From Octopus vulgaris (taxonomy: Eukaryota), in contig OX597821.1 in the NCBI GenBank assembly GCA_951406725.2, positions 22,940,001-23,004,000 on the forward strand: a DNA stretch of 64,000 nucleotides, in the 5' to 3' direction. The notes under the pieces are model-generated. The model saw only the letters and a list, made by a program, of their open reading frames with translations, did not search any database and was not told the origin of the DNA. Each line of letters begins with the position of its first letter. Position 1 is the stretch's first letter. Positions 26,883-40,315 of this stretch are shown one piece after another. The translations under genes and the position numbers were made by a program.

Positions 26883-27137
26883 GGGTAAGAGAGAATGACG
26901 AGAGAAAGATTAAAACATCTGATGTCAGCGTCAAATCAGCGACACCAAAACGGTTCTGCTGACATGTCTCATTCCCGAAACACAGTGGGTTTCTTGAGTA
27001 TTGTTTTTTTTTTTTTGTTTTAAAGATTCATTATAGTAGTAACTTTGTGTCACTTGCACAAGCGGCCGTAACTTTGTGTCACTTGCACAAGCGGCCAACA
27101 CAACAGTGTAACAGGATTTTCATCCAATTGCTTAGAC

Positions 27138-27356
27138 CAGTGCTTTTGAAACTTTTTGCTGAAGCGGAACCCCAAGCAAACATTCCACTGGCTCGAGGAA
27201 CCCCTGTGCAATAATTTAATTGTCTTATGCACACATAATTGCACAGGAGAATCAGAAATTACTGTCGATTTAAGCATTTTTGTAACTTCTTGCGGAACCC
27301 CTGGACTGTACTGGCGGAACCCTAAGGTTCCGGGGAACCCTGGTTGAAAACCACTG
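27138..27356. mobile_element. hAT/Charlie-type MITE
   Basis: CAGTG..TTT.AA / TTGAAAACCACTG TIRs; perfect 8-bp TSD GCTTAGAC. Confidence 0.88.
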
Positions 27357-27647
27357 GCTTAGACAGTCATTGTCTTTTGCTCTGTTATTCTTGACGGCAT
27401 TCTTTGATGGCACGTCAAATGTAAACAAAGAGTCGTTCATTTGTCCCAGTTCATGATTTATTCTTAATGCATCGGTTGTGCAATCCTAGTCTTTACTTTC
27501 AGACTTAGCCGTACCTCTTCACGAAAAAGTCCACCACCAAAACGAACATCCATGAAGCTCATCTGCTTCTATATTTCTCCTTTTATATATCTCCCTCCCT
27601 GACGCACCATCAATGGAACTGTATCACATATTTTATTGTGTACTCAT

Positions 27648-29030
27648 GATGTTACACATTCATATCTATGTGTATACGTGCATAGAATACATCCCTACTC
27701 TTGGCACTATTTTGTTAGTGAATAGTACAAACTGTGTGTAAAGTATATAATGTATTACTACGCTGAATGTTGACAAGTCCGTGTAACATGATTAGTAAAT
27801 AAACACGTTAAACAATAACAATGGCTTTCATATTGGTTGTCTATCCCATTAGAACCCAAACTACACCTAACACATGATTTTATGGCTTCCTACAACTGCC
27901 AGAATTTCATATATTTATAACGAAGAACTTGTTCGTCTATCTTTTTCATTCTCACTCTTTTTTTCGTCTACGAATCATTTTTTTTTCTATCGATGGTGGT
28001 CTATACAGGCATTCAGCTGCCCGGTAGCCATGTCGTATTCAACAACTTGTCGGTGATAACGAATTGTGTGTATCTGTCTCTGTTAAGATGTCATTGTGTA
28101 AGTGTCGTAGAAGAGTATTGTCAGCTGAATAACTAAGCTGACAATAAACAGATGGCGTCTTCTTCGGTGGTACGTCTGTCTGACAGCCCTACAAATGGTA
28201 TGTTGAGCGGCAACCACCCTAGAAGCATCATCAAACACCTAGAACCTCATATCTTCAGCAGCCTACCCTATCTTTTTGCCAATAGATAATTATTCACAAA
28301 TACTGCACTTTACAAGAAAGAAATGGTTTAAAAAAAAAACCTCTTGCGTAGAAGATACCATGGTGTGAATTTTGCAATAAAAACATCTTTTATCTTTTAC
28401 TTGTTTCAGTCATTGGACTGCGGCCATGCTGGTGCACAACCTTTAAGGGTTTCATCGAACAAATCGACCCCAGTGCTCATTTTTAAAGTTTGATACTTAT
28501 TCTACCACTAAGTTACAGAATGTCAACAAACCAACACTGTTACCAAGCGTTGGTGGGGAAGCACACACATGCGCGCGCGCATACGTGTATGTGACAGGTT
28601 TCTAGTTTCCGTCTGCCAAATCCACTCACAAAGCCTTTGTCAGCTCGGAGCTATAAATAATACAGTTATCCAAGGTGCCAAACAGTGGGACTGACCCCAG
28701 AACCATGTGTTTGGGAAACAAACCTTTTAACATAATTGCAAATCAGAGCGCTTTATTTCTCTGTCTGCCACTACAGAACAATTATTTCGTAAATATAATG
28801 TTATGTGTAGTTTCTTTCTACTGAGATAGACAACTCAATACGAAGCATAGATATTCTGTCACGTGTTTATTTACTTTTCGTAATACAGGAACTGCGTACA
28901 CTCAGCGCAGCGACACCTATATACCTTCAGACACAGCGTAGTAATACTGTTTACTTTAAAACACAGTTCGTACTGTTCACTAACAAATAGTGCCACACGT
29001 ATACACATAGATATGAATGTGTAACATCCC
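27648..29030. mobile_element. Long-TIR (~230 bp) element containing SINE A at ~28388-28735
   Basis: GATGTTACACATTCATATCTATGTGTATACGTG at left is inverted at ~28996-29028; similarity extends inward; no TSD found. Confidence 0.6.
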
Positions 29031-29376
29031 TTCTTCCTGAAAAAAAAAAAAAGTTTTGAAAAACTTTATCATGTATAAAAAGAGAAAATATTTACATTTT
29101 TTTTTTCAAAATATACCATTAGTTCAATTGCCTAAAAAAATTGATAAAATTAATTAAAAAAATGAAAACCAAACTGAGTATAATTAAATTAATCATAGCA
29201 GTTTTTTTTTCTTTTTGAAAGTTCCTGTATTACGAAAAGTAAATAAACACGTGAAAGAGTATCTATGCTTCGTATTGAGTTGTCTATCCCTGTAGAAAGA
29301 AACTACACATAACATATGACCTAAGTATATAGATTTACCAGGAGAAGCTCAACAAGATGAGGTAGTGAGATATGAG

Positions 29377-31190
29377 AGTGCTTCTTTGGTGTGTGATCTA
29401 CAGGGGAGACTATTTTAGGTTACTTTTTAGTTTAATTTACAATTTCTAAAAGGTGTCAGCTAAAGATTTTTACAATGTGATCAGCGACGAGACGAAGGCA
29501 GTTGCATTTTTTCAAAGAATGCTGAAGGCAGTTGCATTTTTACAAGAAACCAGCACTAAATTCACATCATTTCTTAAGAAAACGAAACGTGCCACTTTAC
29601 TGTGTGATCTACAATTTAAAGAGAGGTTACTTTAGGTTACATTTTAGTTTACTTTGTATTAGTGATACTTTCTGTGTGATCTACGTGAGCAAATTTGCTT
29701 TGGTGGGTGATCTACGCACTTATTTTAATTATTATATGGTTTTCTTCTTATTAAAATAGTAAGAATTTTGAAAAAATACATTTGCAATGCTAAGTATGTA
29801 CAAAATAGGATCTAGTCTTTCTCATTGGCAAAATGAGCCTCACTTAATTTTGCTCAGATTGCTTTCAATTTTGGTATATCGATGCAACTCTGAATTTTGA
29901 TTACGATCAACCAATTACTTTATCTCGGAAATTAAAGAATCTGATGTTATTTGGAATTAAAGTTGGGAAATTTGGGTAATTTTAGCCAATCAACAGGCAG
30001 TGTGACATTCGCAGCTTGTTACCATGACAACCACACGCTGTGTTGTGGTTCATTGTTGTCTGTGTCGCTGTTGTCTAAGTTGATTTTACACACTTAACTT
30101 TTCAAAACACCATGACATTCTTTTCACCCGCGTGTTTTGTTTTAATTTTTCTGTGTTAGTATTATTACATATTTTTCTGTGCTTTTTTTTCTCTGTGTTA
30201 GTATTTTTACATATTTTTTATTTCATATATTTTTAGGACTCAGATAGTTGGATTTATGAATTCTCTAGGTTAATTCTGTTCATAAAAATTTTAATTAGGA
30301 GTACTTAAACCGTTAGCTTCACATTTCAACAGCTTAACTGAAATTTAGCCCACGTAACAGGAACTGAGAGGGATATCGTGGAACAGAAAAACTGTGGGTG
30401 ATACAGATAATTTGACATTATTTTTGAATTCTGCATGCAAAAACGTGTAAGATACAGGTATTCTTTTCCTTGGGACAAATTCTTTGTTGACCAGTGTATT
30501 CTTATCGTAGTTTACAAATCCAATCTTGAAAACACTACTTAACTTTGGAGTTTTGGAGATAGACGGCCCCTTCACACTCACTCACACTCGCACACGCACA
30601 TGAATGCATAAATGTATATATAAACTTACATATGAATACATACTCCACATGCACTTAAATATTAATGATGTACACAAATACATGACAGGTATACATAATA
30701 CTGAAGTACGCATAAAGTAAACATATGCAGACAAATATATTAATATAACAAATTTTAAAAAATAATAATACCATACAATCAATGAAGAGACAAAAGAAAC
30801 AGTAAGATGATACATGTTGATTTTATTAGGTATTTCTGTTTATTTAGAAACCTACAATGAACAGGTCAAACGCTAAACTCTAAATTTCACAGGGTACAAC
30901 CTTAAAGTTGACACCGCTCCGCTAAACGCTGAAATTTTCTGTCTCGCTTTTGGCTAAATAAAATACATAGTTTTTTCGATTTTTAACCTTTGTGACTTTT
31001 TTCTCCAATTTTTTTTCACCACAACATCATGCCTTCAAAGCAATGTGACTGGAAGGCTACATTATCATAGCCGATTTTCAGATTTTTTACTATCTTTTAA
31101 AAAATGCATATTTTGCGAACGAAAAAAACTAGATGCACAAAATAATTTTTAAAATAATCTCCCTTGTAGATCACACGCCAAAGGAGCGCC
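29377..31190 (+). mobile_element. Second Merlin-like element with nested fragments
   Basis: ~39-bp TIRs (GGCGCTCCTTTGGCGTGTGATCTACAAGGGAGATTATTT consensus), perfect 8-bp TSD GATATGAG, N-terminal relic SAKDFYNVISDETKAVAFFQ. Confidence 0.75.
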
Positions 31191-31645
31191 GATATGAGAC
31201 ACAGGGAAAAAGAATTTTCTCTAATGCTTCGATTATGCCTTACCTAATACAACAGTTCCAAACTTTTCCGTTTGAAAATGTCTGACTATTCACAAAAGCG
31301 TAGCGGGAATATTCACCAATCACCCCGATGTCGTGATTCGCTAAAATATTACCCATGTGATCGACAAAATCTTACCAATCTTGACTTCGCATGAAATAGG
31401 CTCCAGCAATGATTTCATTTCTTGGCGCGCTTTTTTCCTGATCCTAACAATCAAGTATAAATTCAGTACACTTTGACTACTTGACAGAGAACTTTGGTAT
31501 GCAACAGACAGAGCATTGAGAGACGGCAAGAGACGAGACGGCAAACGGACGCGGACAGCTGCTGACCAAAGCTGACATCAACAACTATACTGAACGATCA
31601 GCGACAGCAACTCAAAGCCCAGCAGCTAACTTTTTGGTTTCTATT

Positions 31646-31875
31646 TGGCGGCGAGCTGGCAGAAACGTTAGCACGCCGGGCGAAATGCTTAGCGGTATTT
31701 CGTCTGCCGTTACGTTCTGAGTTTAAATTCCGCCGAGGTCGACTTTGCCTTTCATCCTTTCGGGGTCGATAAATAAAGTACCAGTTACGCACTGGGGTCG
31801 ATGAAATCGACTTAATTCGTTTGTCTGTCTTTGTTTGTCTCCTCTATGTTTAGCCCCTTGTGGGTAATAAAGAAA
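31646..31875 (+). mobile_element. SINE family B, full length
   Basis: GGCGGCGAGCTGGCAGAAACGTTAG head, Nin-like core, AATAAAGAAA tail. Confidence 0.85.
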
Positions 31876-32217
31876 CATATTACAGTTACACCAACAACAA
31901 TAACATTCAAATTCTCTTAACATTTTGTCGTTCGTAGTAACGACAGCTTTTTTGTTTACGGGAAGGATAACATTTTGTTTATCAAATCTCACCTTCTCCA
32001 GTGTTTTTCTTTATACAAAGATATGAGCTCATTACAGCATACTGCTGAATTATCAATATGCAAAAAGTGTTTTCAAAATCAATCGTTATGAATATAGTTA
32101 GAATGCATTTTACTATCATAAAAAAAGTAAAAGTAAATTGTCCAAAAACGTGAAAGTAAACTATGATAAAAACCAGAATTGATAACAGTAACATACCAAA
32201 ATGTCATTAAAAGAGCA

Positions 32218-32555
32218 TAGCGCAAGCGTGACTGTGTGGTAAGAAGCTTGCTTCCCAACAACATGGTTTCGGGTTCAGTCCCACTGCGTGGAATTTTGGG
32301 TAAGCGTCTTCTTCTATAGCCTCGGCCTGACCAGAGCCTTGTGGGTAGATTTGGTAGATGGAAACTGAAAGAAGCCCGTCATGTGTGTGTGTGTGTATAA
32401 CTTTGTACCTTTGTTTGTCCCCACCACCGCTTGACACCGGTGTTGGTGTGTTTACGTCCCCGTCACTTAGCGGTCTAAAATATAAGTACTGGTTCAACTA
32501 AAACCTTTTTCAAGCTGGTGTCCCAGCATGGCTGCAGTCTGATGACCGAAACAAT
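32218..32555 (+). mobile_element. SINE family A, diverged
   Basis: Family motifs. Confidence 0.75.
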
Positions 32556-33819
32556 TATGCCATGTTCACAGGTACCTACAATGTATAGTACCTTCTGGTG
32601 ATATGTTAAGTATTTCAACTATGCAATAACATAAGAGAAAAAAACCTAGCCGTTTCTTGCAAAAAATACATCGAAAGCAAAATGTTTTTCATGGACCCTT
32701 AAAATACGACTGTTCATCTTCAATCTACTAGTCTGCTTGCGTTGACCCACAGAATTCTTATATAGACTCCCAGAGGTCATATGGACCCAGGTTGGGAACC
32801 ACTACTCTAGAAGAAGGGTAACTCTTGTGAGTTCGAATCCCGGACCTGGCTGCGTGTTGTGTTCTTGAGCAAGACACTTTATTTCGCCTTGCCCCAGTTC
32901 ACTCAGCTGTAGAAATGAGATGCAACATCATTGTGCCAAGCTGTATCGGCTTTTTCCTTTCTCTTGGATGACATTGGTTGGGTGGAGAAGGAAGGCCGGT
33001 ATACAAGGGCGACTGCTGGTCTTCCTTAAAAACAACCTTGCCCGGACTTGTGCCTGGGAGGGTAACTTTCTAGGTGCAATCCCATGGTCAGTCATGACCG
33101 AAGGGGGTCTCCGCATTACATCTTGCATTGTATGGTCCGCTGCAATTGAAAACAGCATAATATACAATGAAATATCCATGATGGAATAAAGGCATGTGCC
33201 AACATAGACGGTAGCTAAGAAACACCTGCAGCCAGAGTGCCCATCGTTGACACATGTGTGCGAAACATGTGGTGACTTTCAACGTTCATGTATGTATAAT
33301 GAATACGTGCATGTATGCATACATGTATGTACTAAGTACGTGTGTATTTGTGTATGCATTTATGTATGTATGCATGCATATATGTATGTATGCATGCACG
33401 AATGCATGTATGTATGCGTCTTTTTATGTATGTATACATGTACGTATATATGTATATATATATGTGTGTATGTAGGTATTTATGTATTTATGTATGTATG
33501 TGTGCATGTACCTATGTACGTATTTATGTATGAACGTATGCATGTATGTATTATGTATAAAGGTATATATGCATATATGTATACATGTATGCATGTATAT
33601 ATGTATACATGTATGCATGTATGTATGCACACACACACACACATATATTTATATATATATATATATATATGTAGATATGTATGTATGCATATATGTATGT
33701 ATACATGTATGTGTGTATGCATACATGCATGTATGTGTGTATGCACGTATGCATATATGTATGTATGTGAGTGTATGTAATATGTATGTATTTATGTATA
33801 AATGTATGCATGCATATAT

Positions 33820-34524
33820 GCCAAGGAAAATAACCCATTCGCCCCTGGAAGGGATCCATACATATATAGCCAAGGGAAATAACCCATTCATTTCCTAAAT
33901 TATTTGATAAAAATGAAATTGAGTATGCTTATTTCTTAGTATCTGAGCTGTTAGAATTATTTTCGCAATTTATCCAGTACAACCCTTAAACAAGTGAATA
34001 GTATTTTCCTAAACAATAGATCCACTTATTTCGGTTACTGACTTATTCACGAATATACCAACACTAGTGCCCTTGATGGTAATATTCTCTGGGAACGCAC
34101 AAAAACCCTTTCCTGAGTTATTTACTTTGAATTGTTATTATCTAATATCTGATTAGCCTGTTATTACGCAACATGCTTCACGATGTTAGTATACATATCT
34201 TATTAGTATTTCCTCCTATGTTCTATATACTCAGGGAATGCATTAAAGCCTTTTTCGGGGCTACTTTATTTGAATTCTTACTATCGGGTAACTAATTTCA
34301 TGTTATTACATCACTGACTTCACACTTTGGGTATTCATAACTCATTGGGAATTCTTAAAAACAAGATCCTGTGTAAGACAATTCGGTATTCTCTGTAAAT
34401 GCACAAAATCCGTTTTAAGGGCTACATACTTTGTATTGTTGTTATTGGATTAGCGAAACAATTATGAGAACGGAACCAAGGGATAAGCCCCGCTTTCCCA
34501 GGAATTACCGTATACGTCAGCTAG
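33820..34524 (+). mobile_element. Non-autonomous Helitron-like element, 5'-truncated
   Basis: Inverted homologue of 11942-12620; ends ACGTCAGCTAG|T. Confidence 0.7.
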
Positions 34525-34741
34525 TGGTCTGTCTATCTGTCTGTCAGTCTACATGTATGTATGTACGTACATACGTACATACATACAAACATACATACAT
34601 ACATACATACATACATACATACATACATACATACATACATACAAACATACATACATACACACATACATACATACATACATACATACATACATACATACAT
34701 ACATACATACATACATACATACATACATACATACATACATA

Positions 34742-35190
34742 CATGGTGGCTGCCCCCTCGTTATCGAGTATGGCCATTGCACGAAGCTTAATCAATGTTG
34801 TTATCATGCAATGCCTGCGCAAGAAGACTATTTTTTAAAGTGAGGAAAGGCTGTGCACTGAGTCAATCCCACTCACTAAGTAACAGCAGCCATAATCCGA
34901 AAAGAAGAACAAGTCAACATCATCGGTAACCACTGAGCCGCAGGCTTTATGTCGGAGTTATCCCAGTTTCCTGAGTTACCTTCTCCTAGAAGGATGCATG
35001 GTCAGGTCGTTGGCGACTAAACCGGCAACCCCACCAAGCTTGCTTGGTGAGGAGGGTGTTTATTGGACACTCTGCGGGATGAAAAACAAAAACCCGTCAA
35101 AGGGCGGAGGAACTCTTGAGAGTCAACGGCCATCCAATAAATGCCTTAAGGCTGTATCATGTGCGGGGACATAGAAATAATCGGACATAC
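34742..35190 (-). mobile_element. Probable RTE-derived non-autonomous retroposon
   Basis: Minus strand carries CTAGGAGAAGGTAACTC (RTE 5' UTR-like) and ends in an (ATGT)n tail. Confidence 0.35.
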
Positions 35191-36621
35191 ATACATACAT
35201 ACACAAACATACATACATACATTATATATATATTTTTACCTTTTGCCCGGAAAAGGCTGACAACTGACGTCAAAGTTTTGGGCTTCCTCGCCATTTATCA
35301 GACTACAAGGAAGCTGAAATTTCGTTGCCATTGTCGATCGATCATTTCCTTTGGGAAAATTCATAAATTTCTACTCGACTAAAAGATATTGAGTACAAAC
35401 ACTTTTTAAGTATGCTTCTCTATTTAAGTCGATAGGCTGAGGGGCGCGAGAGATTTGACTGATATTTCTAGCAAATTGCAACAACCGCATAGAGTGGCTG
35501 TATCTCTCGTTAGCTCATAGCGTTGAATAAGTTTCATAACGAAATATAACGACAGTTCGGATTAAGTTAGACATAGTTTACATCTATATAGGGCAGTATT
35601 AGTCCATAAAGTGGGTTATATGCTTGTGCAAGGTGGGGAAGGAGTAAATTCTAACGTTAGAAGCAGGGATGGTTCCTAGGAGAGGGGAAACATACTGGGT
35701 TACAGTTGCGAGAGACATTTTGGTAAATACAGACAAGAATAGACATTGAAACAAACCCGTATATGCATACATACATAGACACATACATACATACATACAT
35801 ACATTCGTACATACATACATATATAATATACACACACACATACATACATACATACATACATACATACATACATACATACATACATACATACATACGTACG
35901 TACATACATACATACGTACATACATACATACATACATACATGCATACATACACACACACACACACATACATACATACATACATACATACATACATACATA
36001 CATACATACATACAAACACACATACATACATACATACATACATACATACATTCAAACATACATACATACATACATACATACACACACACATACATACATA
36101 CATACATACATACATACATACATACATACATAGACATACATACATACATACATACATACATACATACATACATACATACATACATACATACATACATACA
36201 TACATGCAAGTGTATACGTGTGTGTGTGTGAATGAAAAAAGAGAGAGAACGAAAGAAAGATAGAGAGAAAGTAGATGAAAATACGTTGCCCTACATAATA
36301 AACTACAAACTCAACCACCCCTCGGTACAATAAACTCTACTGTTTTACTGTTGCGTATATCTAAGATAATTATTCTCCAATTGATATCTATGTTGGTCGG
36401 TCATTTTAGTTTGTTAGTAGCGCCCCCTGCTAGCAATCTGAATGTCCTCGACACATTTTCCTTCGTGACCAAATTGTTAACCTGAAAAACAGAAAATGGA
36501 TATTGGGACTTCGTTTAACATTTTCTAACAGCAATAGGTGCAAGCATGAGTGTGTGGCTGTGCGGTTTAAGCCGTTCGCTTCTCGAGTATGTGGTTTCGG
36601 GTTCAGTCCGAAGCTCGCAGC

Positions 36622-37354
36622 GGATCTTTTAAATCTGACCGACAGATTTTTTTATTATTTTTTTTTAAAACTAAACACTTTGAAACTTCGGATACTGGTA
36701 GAATGTGTCACATAGAACAGGGTATACTGTTAACGTTTTTGACAAAAACTTTGTGTTTTAGAAGTTATTTCGTATTAAAGTTGTCGTATTTGGGTAATTT
36801 TAGCCAATCAATGACATCTCTTCAACTGAAGAAAATTACTACTACTGCGAACAACTTCCGGGCCCACTCCCCTAACAAAACCCTTCTTTAATAAACAGAT
36901 ATGTCTTTATAGCAACATCGGTTTGTTGTATCAGGGTTGGTTTGAGACTAAATAACAACAAAATTATTTCTGAGACTGAGACAGACCAATGACGGAGCCT
37001 GTATGTGGTTGTTATTTAGCCTCAAACCAACCCTGATACAGCAAACCTATGCTGCTATAAAGATATCTCTGTTTATTAAAGAAGAGTTTTGTTAGGGGAG
37101 TAGACCCGGAAGTTGTTGTTCAGAAACAGCAGCAGTAATTTTCTTCAGCTGAATACATGTCATTGATTGGTTAAAATTATCCAAATACAACAGCTTTAAC
37201 ACGAAATAACTTCTAAAACACAAAATTTTCTCAAAAACATTAACAGCAAACCCTGTTCTATGTGACACATTCTACCAGCATCCGAAGTTTCAAAGTGATT
37301 AGTTAAAAAAAAAAATTAATTAAAAAAATCTGTCGGTCAGATTTAAAAGATTCC
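36622..37354. mobile_element. Palindromic MITE with GGATCTTTT termini, inserted into a SINE A head
   Basis: ~340-bp inverted arms; shares termini and ATACTGGTAGAATGTGT / AATTTTA.CCAATCA motifs with 25306-26110; TSD not recognisable. Confidence 0.85.
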
Positions 37355-37531
37355 AAACCGCTACACTGGGCCAATTATCTTATACTATAGTTTTCGGCAA
37401 ACTAATGCGACTTGTGAGTAAATTTGTTAAATGGAAACTGTGATGTAAAGGCAAGAACACAGGTGCAAAATAAACTGGAGGAAAATGTAATTCTATTAAA
37501 ACCGATAAAAAAACGATTTTAATAAACTAGT

Positions 37532-37574
<43 letters not shown>

Positions 37575-37824
37575 TACATTAACATTAATAATAATAAAGA
37601 GTACGGGGACTCCATCTCTTTATTATTAATATATACCCCAGACAATTTTTACTGACCAGTGAAGCATACACGGAATTACCCATCGCAAGAATTCACCGAG
37701 TGACTAATAACTAAATATAGACACAGATCTTGGATACTGATCGTTGTGGTTATTCGTTAACTGGAACACTTAACTGAGCGCTAATACGGTATCCGCCCGG
37801 ATAATATATCCTACCAAACTCACT

Positions 37825-37855
<31 letters not shown>

Positions 37856-37961
37856 ATTTAGGAAAGGTCAGTTTGCCAGTTTAGCCAATAAAAACACACG
37901 CACTATATATTTGGTGTTACTTTGCCTCAGTGTTATTTATTTTTTACATTAACCTTAATCT

Positions 37962-38012
37962 CATTTCGGCCAGAGTTCTTTCGTCACACTCCTGTGGCCT
38001 CATCAGTGATCC
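37962..38012 (-). ncRNA. Partial hammerhead-like core
   Basis: CTGATGA-ggcca..gagt..actc-tggcc-GAAA; stems I and III not recovered. Confidence 0.4.
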
Positions 38013-38254
38013 TTTGCTTTCTTCTTTCTTATTTGTGTGTCTCTCCTTACTAACGGTCAGTCATTTTGTATTTTGTATTTCTATTGTATGTGTCTTCATT
38101 TGTGCATGCGTATACTTCTGTGTGTCTATGTTTAGTTAGTGTGTGTGTGTGTGTGGGGGGGTGCCTGTAATATTGGTATCTCCTGTTTCTATACGTTCGT
38201 GTAATTTGTTTTTGTTTTTGTTTATTTATATTTTGTTCATGTGTTTACACCTAC

Positions 38255-38345
<91 letters not shown>

Positions 38346-38647
38346 TATTATTATGTATATTATATATTTTTTAAATATTTTTTATATATATTTTTTTATA
38401 TATTTTAATATTTTTTATATTTTTTATATTTTATATTTTATATATATATATATATTTTTTTTGAACTCATCTTTGTTTATCGCTCGAAAATTGGCCGTTA
38501 TTTCTAAAGGGCCAATCAAACAAGTCCATTTTTTAAAGGTGTATGACCGTTATTTGTAAAGGGCCAATCAAACAAGTCCATTTTTAAAGGTGTAGCGTTT
38601 GTAATAGTCTGGATAGAATTCACATATCGGTTCCATTCTAGCAAAAA

Positions 38648-38685
38648 CTGTCCGACGAACGGCAACGGGAAACTCAGAGTAACAG
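38648..38685 (+). ncRNA. Minimal type I hammerhead motif with CCGACGA core variant
   Basis: ctgt-CCGACGA-acggcaacgg-GAAA-ctcagag-TA-acag; same repeat family as 42037-42074. Confidence 0.6.
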
Positions 38686-39421
38686 GTTTTGTTGAATTTT
38701 CTGCTACTTTAAATAAAGCATATTACACTACCACTGGTATTTGAGTTGATGAGGCCTGGGCCAAAGAGGAAATCACAGGTGTAACCTCAGAATGGCTCCT
38801 TTCATACTAGCCATTCTTGCGACATGTATCCACCTTTCAGCAAACTAGCATTTATGTGTTTACTCCGGTATATATATATATATATATATATATTTATGTG
38901 TTTAATACAGTACAGTACTGTTTCTACTTCGCGAATATTCACCTATCGCGGTGGGTTTGGAACGTAACACCCGCAATAGTGAAGGGATTACTGTACAGAT
39001 TACAACCATCTCATGAACCTACGTTCACAAGGAGTGCTTCGCTCTCCGATGGTCGTGAAAAAAAAATCGCAAATAACTGTACATAGTATATACTCTTCTT
39101 ATGCCATGAGGAAAAATGTACAATTTTGAAAAATATTGTACACTAGTTGATATAGAAAGTTAGCACAAATTAGCATAAGTTACTCAGAGACGTCATCGAC
39201 TTGAAAGACAATATCCAAATTAGTGTTACTATATTTAATTATTTCTAACAAAGGTATACATATGAGGTAGAGTACTGGTAGATTAAGTCGCCGCTAATAC
39301 TCAATCAGAAATAATTTTATCAATCTCGGAAGGAGGAAAGGCAAAGTCAGCCTGGTTGCACATCGACCCGTCAGATATAGATATCTATTCTACTATAATA
39401 ATCAATAATCTTCACAGCTTT

Positions 39422-39434
39422 AAAAAAATAAAAA
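39422..39434 (-). terminator. Pol III oligo-T terminator of tRNA-Ile
   Basis: TTTTTATTTTTTT on the minus strand, 7 nt downstream of the discriminator. Confidence 0.8.
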
Positions 39435-39441
39435 TTGTAAC

Positions 39442-39515
39442 TGGCCAGTATGGGGCTCGAACCCACGACATTCGCGTTATTAGCACGACGCTCTAACCAA
39501 CTGAGCTAACCGGCC
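39442..39515 (-). tRNA. trnI-AAT: tRNA-Ile (anticodon AAT)
   Basis: GGCCGGTTAGCTCAGTTGGTTAGAGCGTCGTGCTAATAACGCGAATGTCGTGGGTTCGAGCCCCATACTGGCCA: full 74-nt cloverleaf, A and B boxes, no intron, no encoded CCA. Confidence 0.97.
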
Positions 39516-39749
39516 AACGAGGACTGGTTACTTCATATTTATTAATGAGGCAGTGACAGTAATAAGCTGTTTTATTTTAGAATTGACTTCTGTTGATTCC
39601 ATTTACACGCCATCTGTATTGACAGCAACATCAATATACAGTCCTAACAGAGATCTTTTACATTGTCGCTCGTTCTGCTATAAATAACAGCCTAACTTCC
39701 CTCAAATCACACCCTATTGCCTTTAGAATCTGGACAACTCTATGTACAG

Positions 39750-39972
39750 CTGACCGGTGTCTGCTACTCTAGGCCGACGAAGGACAATCATCCTGAAACA
39801 CGCGTCCCTAGATGCAGCCCGGGCGGCTGGGGGTATTTGTCTCCCCTTCGTAAATGTATATAAGGACACAGGGAAAATGTGTCAAAGCCATCAGGAGGCG
39901 TCGATGCTTCCTAGGGCTAAACAGCGGTGGTGTACCCCCTCTACTGTCACGTTCGTGTTAGATTGACAGTAT
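39750..39972 (+). mobile_element. Hammerhead-containing structured ~220-bp element (retrozyme-like)
   Basis: GC-richer island inside another repeat; hammerhead followed by five hairpins. Confidence 0.6.
39761..39817 (+). ncRNA. Type I hammerhead ribozyme motif (CCGACGA core)
   Basis: ctgc.ta.c-tctagg-CCGACGA-agga-caatca-tcct-GAAA-cacgcg-TC-cctaga-t-gcag. Confidence 0.75.
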
Positions 39973-40315
39973 ACAACCATTCTTGTATTTGCAGATATAG
40001 AAGGAAAAGAAAAAAACAGTATGGTCGCAGCTGGGATATCTTTGATCATAGACCTACTCAATTAGGAACAACCTGGGGCTGGTTAAACGACAGCAACATC
40101 AAAACCAATGTAGGTGTCGACCTGTGATTAAGAAAGAATACACTGGATAACGTACAGCAATCTTTCGATAAAAGTCTACGACGTCATGCGTGAGCGACCT
40201 TATCTTTCAATATGCTCGACAGAACTGAACACTCACTCATAATTGACGTCATGTACTAATATCGAAACATTGCCTATAGGTTTGGTAGATCAGAGCTGAC
40301 TTGAAATTAAATATA

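Noticed and set aside
33247-36330. Long YIHT/MYVC ORFs, and similar ones across the window
   Set aside because: Translations of (ATGT)n, (AT)n and (AC)n microsatellites.
37575-37830. Hairpins and a GGATAC..GTATCC-closed segment suggesting another ribozyme
   Set aside because: No hammerhead, twister or HDV consensus could be fitted by eye.
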